NCBI GenBank assembly: GCA_038496445.1
Contig: JALMLS010000310.1
Location: 186,001-250,000, forward strand
Length of the DNA stretch: 64,000 bases
Origin: Trichosphaerium sp. ATCC 40318
Lineage: Eukaryota; Protista; Tubulinea
Direction of reading: 5' to 3'
Numbering within the stretch: position 1 is the first letter of the stretch; every line of letters begins with the position of its first letter. Positions 26,001 to 39,739 of this stretch are shown here, piece by piece. Both the position numbers and the translations under genes were made by a program. The notes under the pieces were generated by a model. The model made no database searches, was not told the DNA's origin, and worked only from the letters and a program-made list of their open reading frames with translations.

Positions 26001-29000
26001 GAGACGATATGGAAATTGACAAAGCCAAGTTAAAACTGAAAGTTGGCGATTACAATGTAGATTTTGAGGATGGTGGCTCTTCTAGTAGAGTAGCAGCCAA
26101 AATAACATTTGATGATCATGGAAGTAAGATTATTGTTGCTACATACGACGGAGAAGAAGTACTGAAGAATAGCATTGAAGTTAAACCAAAGAGAGGTACC
26201 TGTTAAAACTATTTAGGAAGTTTTTTTTGGGTTGATGACTTACTTTGTGTAGTCCCTACTGCAGATATTAAGGTCCCTGATGTGTTAAAGCAAGGTGAAC
26301 ACGCTTTTGTTACAATATCAGTAAAAGATGTGAAAACGCAAGAAGTGATGGGCGACATTGACCCTGCCAATATTAAAGCCTCAGTCGCAGATAAAAGTCT
26401 TATTTGCAATCCTTCCGATAATCCTGGTGTATTTAACATTACTCTCAAGAACAATGATCCAGGTGATAAGACGTTGTCTGTGTCATACAATGACAAAGTC
26501 ATCGGTACTGCTGACTTATTTATTGAACCCAAAAAAGGTACCTGATTCTTGTTTTTTTCCAAAGTTGACTCGGTAAACAGAGCCTTCCGCCACGTGTGAA
26601 ATTCCAAAAGATGTCATTGTTTCAGAGCCTGTGAGTATAAGTATGGAAGTTACCGATAAAGCTACTGGGTCTCCAATGGAAGTGGAGAAAGATAAGCTCG
26701 TTGTAAGTGTCGATTCTGGAATTGTTCAAGTTAGTGACTTTAAAACGCTTGGACAAGTTCTTGTCACTGTTGAGGTTGATGAACCAGGAGATAACAAAAT
26801 CACAGTTACTTATGACGGCGAAGAAATAATGTCAAACGAATTCCATGCAAAACCAAAGCAAGGTAACAATCACATGGACTGCTTTCACCTTAATATGTTT
26901 AGTGCCAACCATGACCATTGATGAACCACCTGACGAGATCGTCGCTGGTTCTGAATCACAACTGACGCTCAAAATGACAGACAAAGAATCTGGCGATCTA
27001 ATGGACATTGATAAAGAATGTTTGAGTGTATCTCTGTCTGATGATGTTCCATTCACAATTGAGTCTATTGATGATCATCCAAATGAAGTATCAATCTCAT
27101 TCACTCCTAAATCTGTTGGACCTCTTGCAATATCTGCAAAATACAATGATGCTGATGTACTATCTCAAGAGATTCTTGTTGTTGCAAAGAAAGGTAAACA
27201 TCTACAGTTGTTTCACACTAAATTTTAACTATTATTTCAGTTCCTGTTGCCGAATTTACAGCACCAGATATAGTCGTTAAAGGCACATATGCTGAAGCAA
27301 TCGTTAAAATACTGGACGAAGAATCGAAGGAACCATTTGTAGGATTAGAATTAGATGATATCAAAGCCAAGCTTGGTGATGAAGATGTTGAATGTACTCC
27401 GACAGATAACCCTTCAGAGTTCAAAATACCTTTGAAATATACTGAAGAAGGTAACCAGACACTATCAGTACTCTATGAAGCAACTGTCATTGGCACAAAA
27501 GACATAGACTTCAAACACAAGAAAGTTCCTTCTGCAACATGTGAAGGCATACCTGAGGACATTCTGGCCGGTGAACCTTTTGAAGCTACATTGAAGGTTG
27601 TGGACTCAGTTGCCAACACTCCAATGGAAGTGGACAAAGATAAACTCGTTGTCGCTGTTGATAATGGAAATATTGAAGTTGGTGACTCAGACACACTTGG
27701 AGAAGTACCTATTGTAGTGAGAATCGATGAAGCAGGTATCAACAACCTCAAGGCTACTTATGATGGCGAAGAAATTCTATCAACAGACATCGCATCAAAG
27801 AAGAAGCAAGGTACCTCAAAAATGCTCACTTATCTTTGTTGTTAACAAGTTTCTCCTTTAGTCCCTGTTGGAGCTTTTGAACATTGTCCAGAACAAGTGA
27901 CTCAAGGAGAAGATGTTAAAATTACGATGCAAGTTAAAGACAAGGAATCTGGTGCAGTGATCGAGATCGAGAAAGAAAACTTGAGCTTTGAAATAGCTGA
28001 TGGTAATGATGTTACCGTTGACTCAGTTGAAGGCGAACCAAGTAAAGTAGAGATATCTTTCAAGCCTGATAAAGTTGGCGATACAACTATTACTGCAAAG
28101 TACAACTGCGAAGATATTATCAGCAAAGAACTCAAAGTTGTTGCCAAAAAAAGTAAGAACCACTTCTTGTTTGATTTTTTTTATTCATTTTCTTTAGTAC
28201 CTATGGCTAGTATCGTACTCGCAGATGAACTAGTAGAAGGGAGAGATGCTATTGTAGGCATTGCTATCAAGGATGCATTAACAGATAAGCCACTTTCAGA
28301 TATTCCTGCGACTGATGTCAAAGTTCAACTTGATGATGAATATCTAGCTTGTGAGCCTTCAGATAACCCAGGAGAGTATATTGTCAGTGTTCCACTGAAT
28401 AAGCCTGGCGACAAGAAGCTTTATGTAAGCTATCAAGATAATGAAATTGGGTCAAAGGACATACACATCGAAGCAAAGAAAGGTACTTTTTTGGTTTTTT
28501 TGGACGGTTTTATCTTCTCTCGTTGACTCACTTCCTTCACTATTAGTTCCTGGTACTGAATGCAAGTTGCCTAAAGAAATATATGTAGATAAACCTATTG
28601 AATCTGTTGTTAAAGTTATTGATACGGTATCTGGGTCACCATTAGAGGTCGAGAAAGGTAAACTCGCTGTGAATGTTGATTCAGGAACAGTTGAAGTTGG
28701 CAACTCTGAAAAGCTTGGAGATGTTCCTGTCACTTTTACGATACATGAACAGGGCGGTAACAAGCTAACAGTTACTTATGATGGTGAGGAGATATTATCA
28801 AAATACTTTGAAGCCAAGCCAGTACAAGGTACAAAAATATTTGCACATGACTTCGTTAATTTACTGTTTAGTGCCAACCATTACAATTGATGAACCACCT
28901 GGCAAGATCATCGCTGGTTGTGAGTCAAAACTGACACTGCAACTGACAGACGAAGAATCTGGCGATCTAATGGATATTGACAAAGACAGTTTGAGTGTCA

Positions 29001-29911
29001 CTGTTTCTGATTATACACCTGTCACAGTTGAGTTTGTCGATGATCATCCAAATGAAGTATCAATCTCATTCACTCCTGAATCTGTTGGACTTCTTACAGT
29101 ATCTGCAAAATACAATGATGCTGACGTACTATCTCAAGAGATTCTTGTTGTTGCAAAGAAAGGTAAACATCTACAGTTGTATAAACTAATACTCTATGTT
29201 CAAAATTTTTTTTAGTTCCTGTTCCCGAGTTCACAGCACTAGACACAGTTGTTGAAGGCACAGAGTGTAAAGATATCACCAAAGTGCTTGATGACGAACT
29301 AAAGGAAGCATTTGAAAGTTTGAGTTCAAGTGACTATGAAGAAGAACCTATAATCACAGAAACACTCTCTTTGGCACGCCAGGGCAGAAAAGAAACTAGA
29401 GAATTATCTCCTGAAGCTGCCCTTGAAGGTTCTGAAGAGCGTTTAAAACAGAGTCTTGATAGGTACTTACAGGTAACAATTGAGCACTTTGAGGAATCTC
29501 AAATCCGCTGGATGAAATTTGTCATGACACTTGTCTGTACGTGTGTTTTTTTTGATCAAAACACAATGGTTTTGAAGATTTTTGTTTTTTCTTACTAGGC
29601 TAGTTCGAATGCTTATTGTAATGTCTTTAGGTTGCATTATGTTTGTTCTTTTTGCAGTTGTAGCTGCTGTAATCATGTGGATATCTAATCCTAGCGAGGA
29701 AATTCTAATATCTCGTGTCACAGAGACAAATGACTACGATATATCCAGTTTTTTTGGCGAATCATCAATCAAGACAGTTAATGTATCGAACTGGGTTTTG
29801 TTCAGCTGGGGTAATGTAGATGATGGTTGTCAATATTTAGGTATATTCGACCAATGGTTTGATATTACTTACGTTTATCGTACAATTGCCTGTATATTAT
29901 TATGTATTTAA
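23030..29911 (+). CDS. Filamin/ABP120-like actin-binding protein (CH1-CH2 + about 14 Ig-like rod repeats) with C-terminal transmembrane segment
   Basis: WIRSQKNAFKGWCN...DLKSGVILLELL...DIHDGKENLVLGLIWTLILRY (CH1); LLGWI...VTNF..GWSDGKAL...FGIPSILHPEDI (CH2); ~95-aa repeats ending YDG.EI...V..KKG; TM MLIVMSLGCIMFVLFAVVAAVIMWI. Confidence 0.85.
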
Positions 29912-32150
29912 AAGTAAAGAAACAACATAAAGGCAAATTAACTAAGGGGAAATAAATTCGTTTATTTCTGTTCAAGCAGTACAACTACAATCTCCATTGT
30001 TCGGGAGAATTACACTATCATTGGCACCGTCACCGTCAATTAAAGCGTCACCGTTGAAGCAAAAGTGAAAACTGTTGAAAACATAGAATCTGGTAAATCT
30101 CCATCCATCGTTGCTGAAATTCTTGACTTCAAGGCCAGTGAGAGATTTCGAAGGGTCTTTGATAGGAGCAGCCATGAAGAAGTGGTCGATAGCGCCAATT
30201 TGAAAGTCATCAATATTTGTGTCATCAACATTAGCACTCCAAGGTGATGTTGTTGTATCGGTGTACACATATCTGTATCGAATTTTACCATCTGTTTTAT
30301 CATGTGTGCCAGTGCCGGTTTCAGTCATGATAAACGTATCTGTTGTAAGGTGTTCTTTCTCGAGGGTATCTCCTGAAGCGCCTCCGTTGATCAAGTTACA
30401 CTGATTCATCATGAATAAGTTACAGATGGAATCCTGGTAACTTGTAAAGAAGTTACATCTTATGTCGGCAGTGCATAGTTGCTCGCATTCTTGTTTTGTT
30501 ACTGATGTATCTCTAGGGAAGCTACATTCTCCAGGACCTCCTACCGAGTTACAGTGAGTTACTGTTGAGCCTGCAAATGAGCCATCGCAGTTAACAAAGC
30601 GTCCTGCATGCATGTCTTTGCGACATCCTTGACATGTTTCAGTTGAAGCTATTGCAAGTGGCGTGTAAGTTACAGCTGCAAACGCAAGGGAGATAAGGGA
30701 TAGAGAAATGATGAGTTGTTGTTTCATGTTGTTCGGTGAGAAAGTTATGCTTAATTGTGCGTTTTTTGCGGGAGTTTCTTGGTGATGTGATGTCATATAA
30801 ATTGTTGTGAGATTTCGTTGTTTTCATTTTTTTCTTGTGGATAGAAAGTACCTCAAATATTTTGATCGGGGCTGATAATGTTTGTGTTTCCTTTTCATTT
30901 TAGAGACGGTAACTACATTCGTTTCAAACCTCATATTTTTGAAATTCAGAGAAGTTTTTTCTCAACCACTCAAAAACTGTGTTCACGTGATTTTTTAGAG
31001 TTCAAGAACAACTTTGAAAAACACGTACTGTACAACCCAAAACAGCATCTATTGGTGGTACTCAGATAAGGAAATGATTGAATTTGATTTGAGAACTACA
31101 AAAATTATGTCCTTGAACTCCGCCTACCGAGTTTTTTCGTGACCCATTTTCTGCTGCAACCAATTCGAACAATAGAAAACCTAGCTCCCATGTTACGAAA
31201 CATCATAAAATTGATAGCATCTACCGTCTCACATGAAACTTTGTTGTGTACGTCTCAAAACTCAGCAATCATTGATTGTAACCTGAACACTTGTGCACTG
31301 TAATAGTTGAACTGGTAGTTCTAACTTGCTTTTGTGCTAACATTCATAAAGTCACTTCCAAGTAGGTTAGCTAACTGCTATTGGCTAGTCATGTACGGAA
31401 CATATCTACAAATATCTACAATGAGACCACAATAAAGTGGTGAGCAGTGTCAATGTCGTTTGGAACCTGTTGTGTGAAACAATACAAACCCTTTTCGCAA
31501 ATTATTAACATTGCCGTAGTGCTCTAGATTCAATATTATTGAAGTTCAAAACTAGTGTGAAGTAACAGTCTTTGTTGATAGTTTAGACTGTAGCTGTAAC
31601 TTTCTCAGGGCATAAAAGAGTTTCAGATAGATTGAACTCCGGCTATTTCATGCCACAAATTAAGAGGACACATGAGTCTCACTGTGATGTTGACCTTCCT
31701 GTCACATGTTCAAATAGATTACGCTGATATTTCCGCCTAGCCAGTACAGTATTTACAAGCAGAAATCACCAGCAACACCCATCCAAACGTTTGCATGTTT
31801 GAACAATGTCTTTACTTTTACATAATTCTACGATGTTGAAATCGATTTGCGATTTGTAAATAAATCCCACATGCTCGCTCTACATTCAAGATGTCACCAA
31901 AAACAGTGTGTACTCCACAAAGAGCTTTCACTTCATCTGCAAAATTAGATAGTAAGATCTATTGTATGTACACCAGCAAGGGCTTTGACACCTTTATCTG
32001 TTCTCTTGTAAAATCTATTCAACGATATCTTATGTACACCAGCAAGATGAATGACACCTTCATCTGTGTGATATGTACGCCAGCAAGCGTTTTAATCCCT
32101 TCTTCAGGAATCTCACACTCCGGAAGTGTATTGGATGGACACGTGCCAAA
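29889..32150 (-). repeat. Cassette copy 3
   Basis: Direct match to copy 2; LRR remnants TDEGVIHLAGVHKISL and TDKGVKALAGVHTIDL at about 31950-32070. Confidence 0.9.
29972..30727 (-). CDS. Intronless secreted PAN/Apple + PLAT protein, copy 3
   Basis: Near-identical to copies 1 and 2. Confidence 0.8.
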   Translation of the reverse strand: MKQQLIISLSLISLAFAAVTYTPLAIASTETCQGCRKDMHAGRFVNCDGSFAGSTVTHCNSVGGPGECSFPRDTSVTKQECEQLCTADIRCNFFTSYQDSICNLFMMNQCNLINGGASGDTLEKEHLTTDTFIMTETGTGTHDKTDGKIRYRYVYTDTTTSPWSANVDDTNIDDFQIGAIDHFFMAAPIKDPSKSLTGLEVKNFSNDGWRFTRFYVFNSFHFCFNGDALIDGDGANDSVILPNNGDCSCTA

Positions 32151-32594
32151 GCTTTGATGCTCTCAATCTCATTTCTTTCCCTAGCTTATGCCTACACTAA
32201 ATAATCAAACCTTTCTTGAACTAACTTGCTATACAAGGTCCTCTATTTAAGGGTTCCCTTAAGACAATCATATATGTGCCGCTGCCTTAAAACTCCAAAA
32301 TAAAGTCCACTGCTATTTCTGACCGTGCTTGCGCACTAGTAAATACAAACGTATGCAAAAACTAATGGCTATTTGTTTTGAAGTTTCTACAATGCCTAGT
32401 TTCACATTAAAACCTGTGAATGTTCTAATCATACAGGAAAATCACAGGTCTCAATGATCGCACTTACAAAGAGCAAAAAAGTGTAATGTCATAATAATAT
32501 CTCCCCGAAAATTGGTTTTTGTGACTGAATTCTTACAACACCGCCCAACACGCCCGAAAAATACCTATAGCACACGAATAAGCGTAGACACACA

Positions 32595-35500
32595 ATGGCA
32601 TATCTAGATTATATTTTAATCGACAGAAGAGTTGACAAGGTCAACAGTCAATATTTAGTCGTTTGTTGAAAACTTCAGGAGAAAAAAAATCAGCATAACT
32701 TACTGATAAATTTGAGAAAGGAAGCGAAGGCCTTCGCTCTGTGACAGAATGGACGTCGTAGAAATAATTCTAGTCGTCGTTGACGTGGTAAGCATACATA
32801 TAATGATAAAAAGAAGCCTAGTTCCTAACGAACTGCGTAAAAAAACAGGTTTCTTTCCTAAATGACATGTATCAGACGGTTAAAGAAAATAAAGAGCTGT
32901 GCGCTAAGCTTTTAGAGCGTGTACAAGGTACAAAAAAGTTTTCCACAATTTACGTAATTTTTTTAACGATTTCAACGGCAAACGTGTTAAAATGGTCGCA
33001 TTAGGTTTAAATGAGATATTACAAGGTAATACAGCGGTTTTCTATTTTTATTGGATAAACGGCCGTTTAATGGCCTTTTGACTCGATACATAGAACCCGC
33101 ACATACAGAACAACTTAAAAAACAAGATGGCGCATCAACATGCTTGGTACGTTTTGATTTATTAGAATATTTCCAAATCCCAACAAAAAAACCAAAACTC
33201 GATTGAACCATTTGGATCTTTTTTGTGTTTTTTACGACGTAATGCGTTCTCACGTGATTAATAATAGGTCAATTTATTACACTGTGTCAGAGGCAAGTAT
33301 TTTTACTTTTTCAAGCTGAAGCTTATGGGTACTAGACGCCAAGTCTTTCATGGAGAAGTATGGTAAATCGAGTGGTATAAGGAAGATTTTCTCTTTTCAA
33401 AATATAAAAGATGAGTTCCGGGTGAGTACCCGAAATGTTTGAATTCTTTCTTATCCTTATTTTACTCTTTAGGATCTTAATGATCGCTTAACTGTCGCAG
33501 CAACTGATTTGGGTCTTCTCCTACAGACTAAAGTGCTTCAAAAAGTCAGTGGCATTGATGTTGAGAAGTGTTTTGGTATTTTCTTTAAACCACTTGTCAT
33601 AGTGTTACACCTCACATTATTCCAAGGAAATGATGCCATTCATCTTCTAAAAACAGATGCAAAACTTTGTCTTGTTATTTGGGTTGATCACAAACCAGAA
33701 AAGTAAGGAATTTTTTTCGCATATTTTTGGTAGTCACGTGTTAATTCTTTTGAAGTTATTCTACGCTTATAAAAGCAGCTTCAGATACAAGACCGAGTGT
33801 GGCAGTCCAGTAAGTGCCGTTAATTAAATATACGAGTTTGCTGATTAAGATAATTCAGACAAGTAAAATCTACAGACCATTTATTGAAGGAGTTACTTGA
33901 CAATGACTTCTTGCGCTCTTTGGATGGTACATTTTTATCCTTTTTTTTTTTTTAACTTTTCGCGAAGCTACACGTTTTCGTATTATTACAAGCGCTGAGA
34001 GGTGGGAGAAAGACGAACTGAACGAAAGCGCAGCTCATGATGTTATTTCAAAACTAGTAGAATATCATATTACAACACCTGTCTTGGTAAATCAATTGTT
34101 GTTGTTTTCGAAGTTCAGTTATTAACTTTTTTTTCCCGTGTTAGGTTCATACAAAGCTTGCTACACGTCTTAATAAATTGAGACAATTAGGATCACCTGT
34201 TACTATGGATGATGATGTATTAGAGAATTTTTTAGTTATGTCAACTGTAGTGGTAGTCGGTATTCCTTCAATATCGTATGAGAACTTTAAAATCAAGCTT
34301 TTGTTAATTTTTTTTTTCAGACAACAGGAAGAACAAGAAATCCAATCAAAAGGAGTTGTTCTTTTATTCAAGGATTCTTTTGATAGCGCTATATCATTTC
34401 TAAGAGATAATCCTTCGCTAGAGGATAACCCAAGATTCAGAATGCTAGTCGGAGACGGGTAGTGTTGAAATCAAACCCATTATTTTATTGCTTACATGTA
34501 TGCAGAGTCAACGCTGCACAAGGCATAGCTCAACTCCGTAAGGATAATCCGAACTATACTTGTCCTATTTTGGTGTCACAAAGCAACGGTAATATTGTAA
34601 GTACTCTAGTTGTGAGTGATAGACTAACAACTTCAAAGACACTCGAAGATTCAATGTCAAGATCTAAAGTATCAAACGACCGTGATGAGCTTATGAAGTT
34701 TGTTTGCATGGACGAACTACCATGGGCGAAAGAAATAGAAGAAGAGCTTGAAGGTGAAGACTTAGATCCTACAAAGACTGTACCAGGTGAAAGAGTAGAC
34801 TACGGAACGCTACATATATACAACGTTTCGTGTAAAAATTTGATTCCGAAAGACAAAAGTAAGTTTTTTGTTTTGTTTCTTCGTTCTTCTTTCTTTCTTA
34901 ATTTCTTTCTTTTACCTAATTATCCTGCTATTGATAGATGGTAAATCTGACCCATTCTTTACTGTTTCAATAAACACACAATCAAAGAAATCAGAAAAGA
35001 TAAAAAAGACTTTAAATCCAAAGTGGAAAGACTTGTATTGGCGTTTGTACGATTTCTTTTACTTTAATGAACTTATTCTGATTTTTTTCCTTTTTTAGCG
35101 CAGTCAATTCAACAGGTGTGGTAGAGTACGTTTTCTATTATAACTTGGGGTTTCATTTATACTAATTATCATTTGTAAAGATTTAATGTATTTGATTGGA
35201 ACAAGCTCGTTAGAAATGGTGAGGATTCGGTTTTTTTTGATTACATCAGAAAAAAAAAAAGAAAACATCACATACTTAGTTGTACATGTCTTTAAATTCT
35301 TTGTATTCATTGGCTTTGTTTAGATTATGAAGGTGGATGTTTTGTTCCTGTCAGTAATATTATTAGACAGCAGGGAGATAAGTCATCTGTTACAATGACA
35401 TTCGATCTGAGACATAAATCAGCTAAAGGTAAGAAACAGTTACATTTGTCATTCATTTTGATAGCCTTCGTTTGTATTCTTTGTAATTAATAATAGCTAA

Positions 35501-38500
35501 CATTATTTCTTTGTTTAGATGGAGAGGCTGGTACTCTTACAGCAAAGTTTAAGTTCTCCTTGAGCAACAAAATGAAAAGAAAAGTGAATTTAGCTGATCA
35601 GTTAATGGGCGATGTTATGCACTTTGTTGCGACACCAAGTACGCCTTTAAGATTTACTCGAACGCAATCACTAATATTCATAATATAGAACCAAATAGTA
35701 TTGCACCTGCAAACCTAACAGAGAATCAAAGCAATCAACCAGCAATGGTGGTAAGAACCAATTAGTTGAGTAATTTCTTTGTATTAAACCTGTTTCTTTA
35801 AGAGTAAAACTGTTGAAGATGACGCTCCAGCGGCAATTCCAGAACGCGTGATGAAAGCGTCTTCGACAGCACCAGATTCATTAACACTCTTGGCAGAGAG
35901 ATTAAGAAGAGGTGATAATAAACCAACAGAGGAAACGCCAGTTTTGAACATTGAAGAAAATAGCGGTCAACAAAATGTTGAAGAGCCAGTAACTGAGAAG
36001 CCAGACGTGCGTCGTTGTCAGTTTTAAGTTTATTTGGCGTACTAAATATGTGGATAGCTGACGATGCCTGTAACATCTTTTCAAGAAAGTCAATTAAAGA
36101 AAAACAAGATTAAACCGGTACCAGAACTGAACAGACAACTTACACCAATAGTACCCAAAACAAAAAAAAACTACAAATAATTTCAAGATTTTCTCCTTCT
36201 TGTTGCCAGCAACAACTGACTCACTTTTTTTTTCATAAGGAATTACCTCAACCTGGTAAAAAGCCTAATAATCAAGAAGAGAATGACACTTCCGGAGGAC
36301 CTCAGTTGTGTGAAATGATTGGTGAATTAAACATAAATACTTCTGATGTTCAAGAATCTCCAGCAGAGACTGATGATACAACTCCTGCAGCTGATGCTAA
36401 AGTATGAGTTCTTTGCTTGTAATTATTATTAACTCCTTTCTTAGGCGCAAAATCGATTATCTTTCCCATCTATTGAAGATGAAGAAATACCAACCTCACA
36501 ACCACAAGAAGTAAGGCGACAGATGTTTTAATGTTTTTCTTTCTGTAGATACTAACGTTAAATTGTATAGGAGTGGCGAGAGGAAGACTGGGTAAATACT
36601 TCAGGGTATGGTGATGCAAGTACAGAACTACTGGATACATATGAGTACTTCGTACGAAACTACTAGACGACAAATCAAATACTAAACCAAAAACATAGGA
36701 CAGAAACACTGATGATAACCAAACAGATCCAAACGATCATTGGGCAAAGCTAGATCCTAATTCCCAACAAGTACCAGTTAAAAATAACTCTGGGAAACCA
36801 TCTAAAACGGGATATAAACCAAAAGCACGTGTTTCTAAACAAAAACGTGCTCAAGTATTAATTTTCTGTTAGCACAACTATAACGAAGACCCACAAGCTC
36901 CTGTAACTGAAGGCCCAGACGTGAGTTTTTGTTTGTAATACACCATAACTAATGATACAATAGTTGCGCATACCAGTAACATCATTCCAACAGAACCAAA
37001 TGAATAAAAATAGACTGGAACCTAAACCAGAATTAAACAGAAGAGAAACACCTTTGGTACAAAAAGTGATTTGTGTCAACACAATTAACACATCGCTCTA
37101 GGACTTTCCTATGTTCGAACCTGAACCAGAACCTCCACAACAATCTTCAAGCCGTCTTTCTTGGGATACAGACGCTCCGCATGAACCAATAACTCAGAGA
37201 CACCAAGACCAACAGTCACACCTTGATACAAATATACCTCCTTCTAGAGGCCGCCCTCAACAATCACCTCAACCTTCTCATCTTAGTACAAATATTCCAC
37301 CAGCTCGAACTGCCTCTCAACAAACATATGTGAATCAGCGGCCCAGTGCAAGCAACCAATATCCAAGATCCTCGGTAAATAACCAATACGCTCCTCCTCG
37401 AAACCAGAGAGCTCCGCAACATCCTGTACCAAGTCAACAGGGACAATATGCTCACAATGCGCCTTCACGAGGCCAAAGAAGACCTGTTCGTGGTGGTAAT
37501 GCTCCAAGAGCACATGGGTCTATTAGAAGACGTGATACACCTATAGGAGATCCAGCAGAAGACCGTATCGTTCAAACGTACCCAAGATTAAAGTAATTTG
37601 TTTTGACTTTATGTAGCGTTGGTTATCATATATCGAATATGAGTGCTCTTCTAGAACGCATGAGAAGCGAGAATATACGCGATCCACGTGTACCAGTGGC
37701 TTTTATAGAAAAGAGATTAAAATACTCTTTAAGATGTTCAAGCGAGTTAAAAAATGATTTGGTTCAACTTCAAGGACTTAAATCACGTATGGTTGAATAC
37801 AAATCACACGTGATTTTGTGCCTCTATTAATGTGACTTTGTTTTAGCACATATGCAACCCGTAAGAGAGAATACTAATAAAAGAATACATGCCCTTATCC
37901 GAGAAGCTGATGCAAACGCAGCAGAAGCTTCAGCAATCCTTAACCACAAACAGGTATTATTTGTCGTCTAAAACGTTTTGATGTCATTATTTATACTTTA
38001 ATAGCGTCCAACTATGAACCAGCCGGGACGTGGATACAACACATATGGATCTGATTCAAGAGCATCTAGTTCAGATCCTTTTAGGTGAGTAGTTTATCAC
38101 AATGTTTGTGATTTGCACGTTGATTCTAACTTAGGAATTTTCCTTCTAGACAAGAAGGATATGCCGCTAAACCAGCACCTGGTAGGAAACCTATAAGCCC
38201 TCGTGGTACATTGTCACAAAGTGCATCACCACAAGTTTATCATCATCATCAAGGATACCCAACAGTACGAAAAAGAAAACATCTTAGTTTGAAAGCATTC
38301 GATTAATGTATTGATGTAGCATCAAAATCAAAAACCAAGACAACCTCATCCACGAATACGTAATCATGACCCTCGAGTTCATCATTCCAGAAACCATAGT
38401 GCTCCTGAGCCTAGAGGAGGACAAGGATTCTGTAAGAGAACCATACAAACCTTAAAGCAAAGATTATTTACTGATGTTGTTTAGCGAGCGCAGGATCTTA

Positions 38501-39087
38501 TGGCGCTCCGCCTCCACAATATAATACTCCAGTAATACCGCCATCATATGTACGAAATACCTCTGTTGAAAAAATTTGATGCACGTGCATTGTCACGTTT
38601 TTCTGACTCAACAATTGTAGCAACAACCAAGTTATAATAGAAACTATAATCAAGGCCAGCCTAGACACCAGCATCGTCAAAGACCACTTGCTGCTTCAGA
38701 ACCTGTTGGAAATAGAGGAGCTAAACCAAGAAGTATGTTTTAGTAGTTATGTACATTGAATAATTGGGTTTTTTTAGTTGTTTGGTTCTGGATGGGTGAT
38801 GATAAATGGCAACCTTATGATAATCACACATGCTTGATTCTAGAAACTGCTTACATGCAGCGTAAAAAGATTGTTATACTTGATATGCCTCGTAAGTTGT
38901 AAATCTTCTTTTTCTTCAATCAACACAGGTTATTTCTTTATCTTACTTTTTTCTTCTTCTAGACAACAAGTACCGAGTTGATTTCCAGAGAATGACTCAG
39001 TTTAATACCAAAACGCGTACGCCAAGACAAATAAAGAGAGAAGACCTTGTTTCTTTATCTACTCTGGCTGCATCACAAAGATACTAA
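32595..39087 (+). CDS. Large multi-exon protein: receiver-like alpha/beta repeats, C2 domain, Pro/Gln-rich region, C-terminal WWE domain
   Basis: C2: GTLHIYNVSCKNLIPKDK-GKSDPFFTV...KKTLNPKW; WWE: WFWMGDDKWQPYD...LETAY...YRVDFQRMTQFN; LVIWVDHKPE and RMLVGD..AQLRK..PILV units. The 5' end needs a 1-nt frame fix near 32720; may be more than one gene. Confidence 0.6.
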
Positions 39088-39739
39088 ATCCCATAAAGAT
39101 AAAATCATCCTCTTGCCACGTGTCAACGTGGAAAGAAATTTGATGGTGTAAATAAATGTTTTATAGTAGTATCATTGTATGTTTCATTAGAAATTGAAGT
39201 ATCAAAGGGGTAATGAATTTAGAGTTGTAGAAGTTAGTCGTTAAGGATAAACTTTAGTGGACAAAATAATGTTGTGAAAACTCAAACAATTTCAAAAAAA
39301 AGTCAACAATGTGGACGCATCTTGTGTGGTTCTTTACATTAATATTACTATACATACATTGCGGTACAGTTAGCCTTTTATTTATTATTGTGCCTTTAAT
39401 AAAGATTGTGCCCGTCAAAGGGCAAAAAACGAACATGAAAAGGCGTAAACGCATGTTTTTTTAGTTAACTATGAACCCTTTTTTTGAAAAGGGTAAATTA
39501 TCTTCGGCGATTTACGTTACATATTTCAGCCGGCCTACAACTCCTATGAATATCACGTGATGCTAGTTTAGGAGCTAATACTGCATATTATGAAGAAGAA
39601 TTCTACGCAACATTAGCCGTTTCATTTAAGTACGCCACAGCAATGAATACTTCAATGTTACATATACTTTGACATTTTTTTGGTCTTACTTTCCACTTTG
39701 TGACTAAAAAGTGGCTCTTTTGACTCTTTTTAAAGGTGC

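Noticed and set aside
32680-32790. Stop-codon reassignment to explain in-frame stops
   Set aside because: Conserved genes end in TAA or TAG and TGA ends others; a single-base indel explains this spot.
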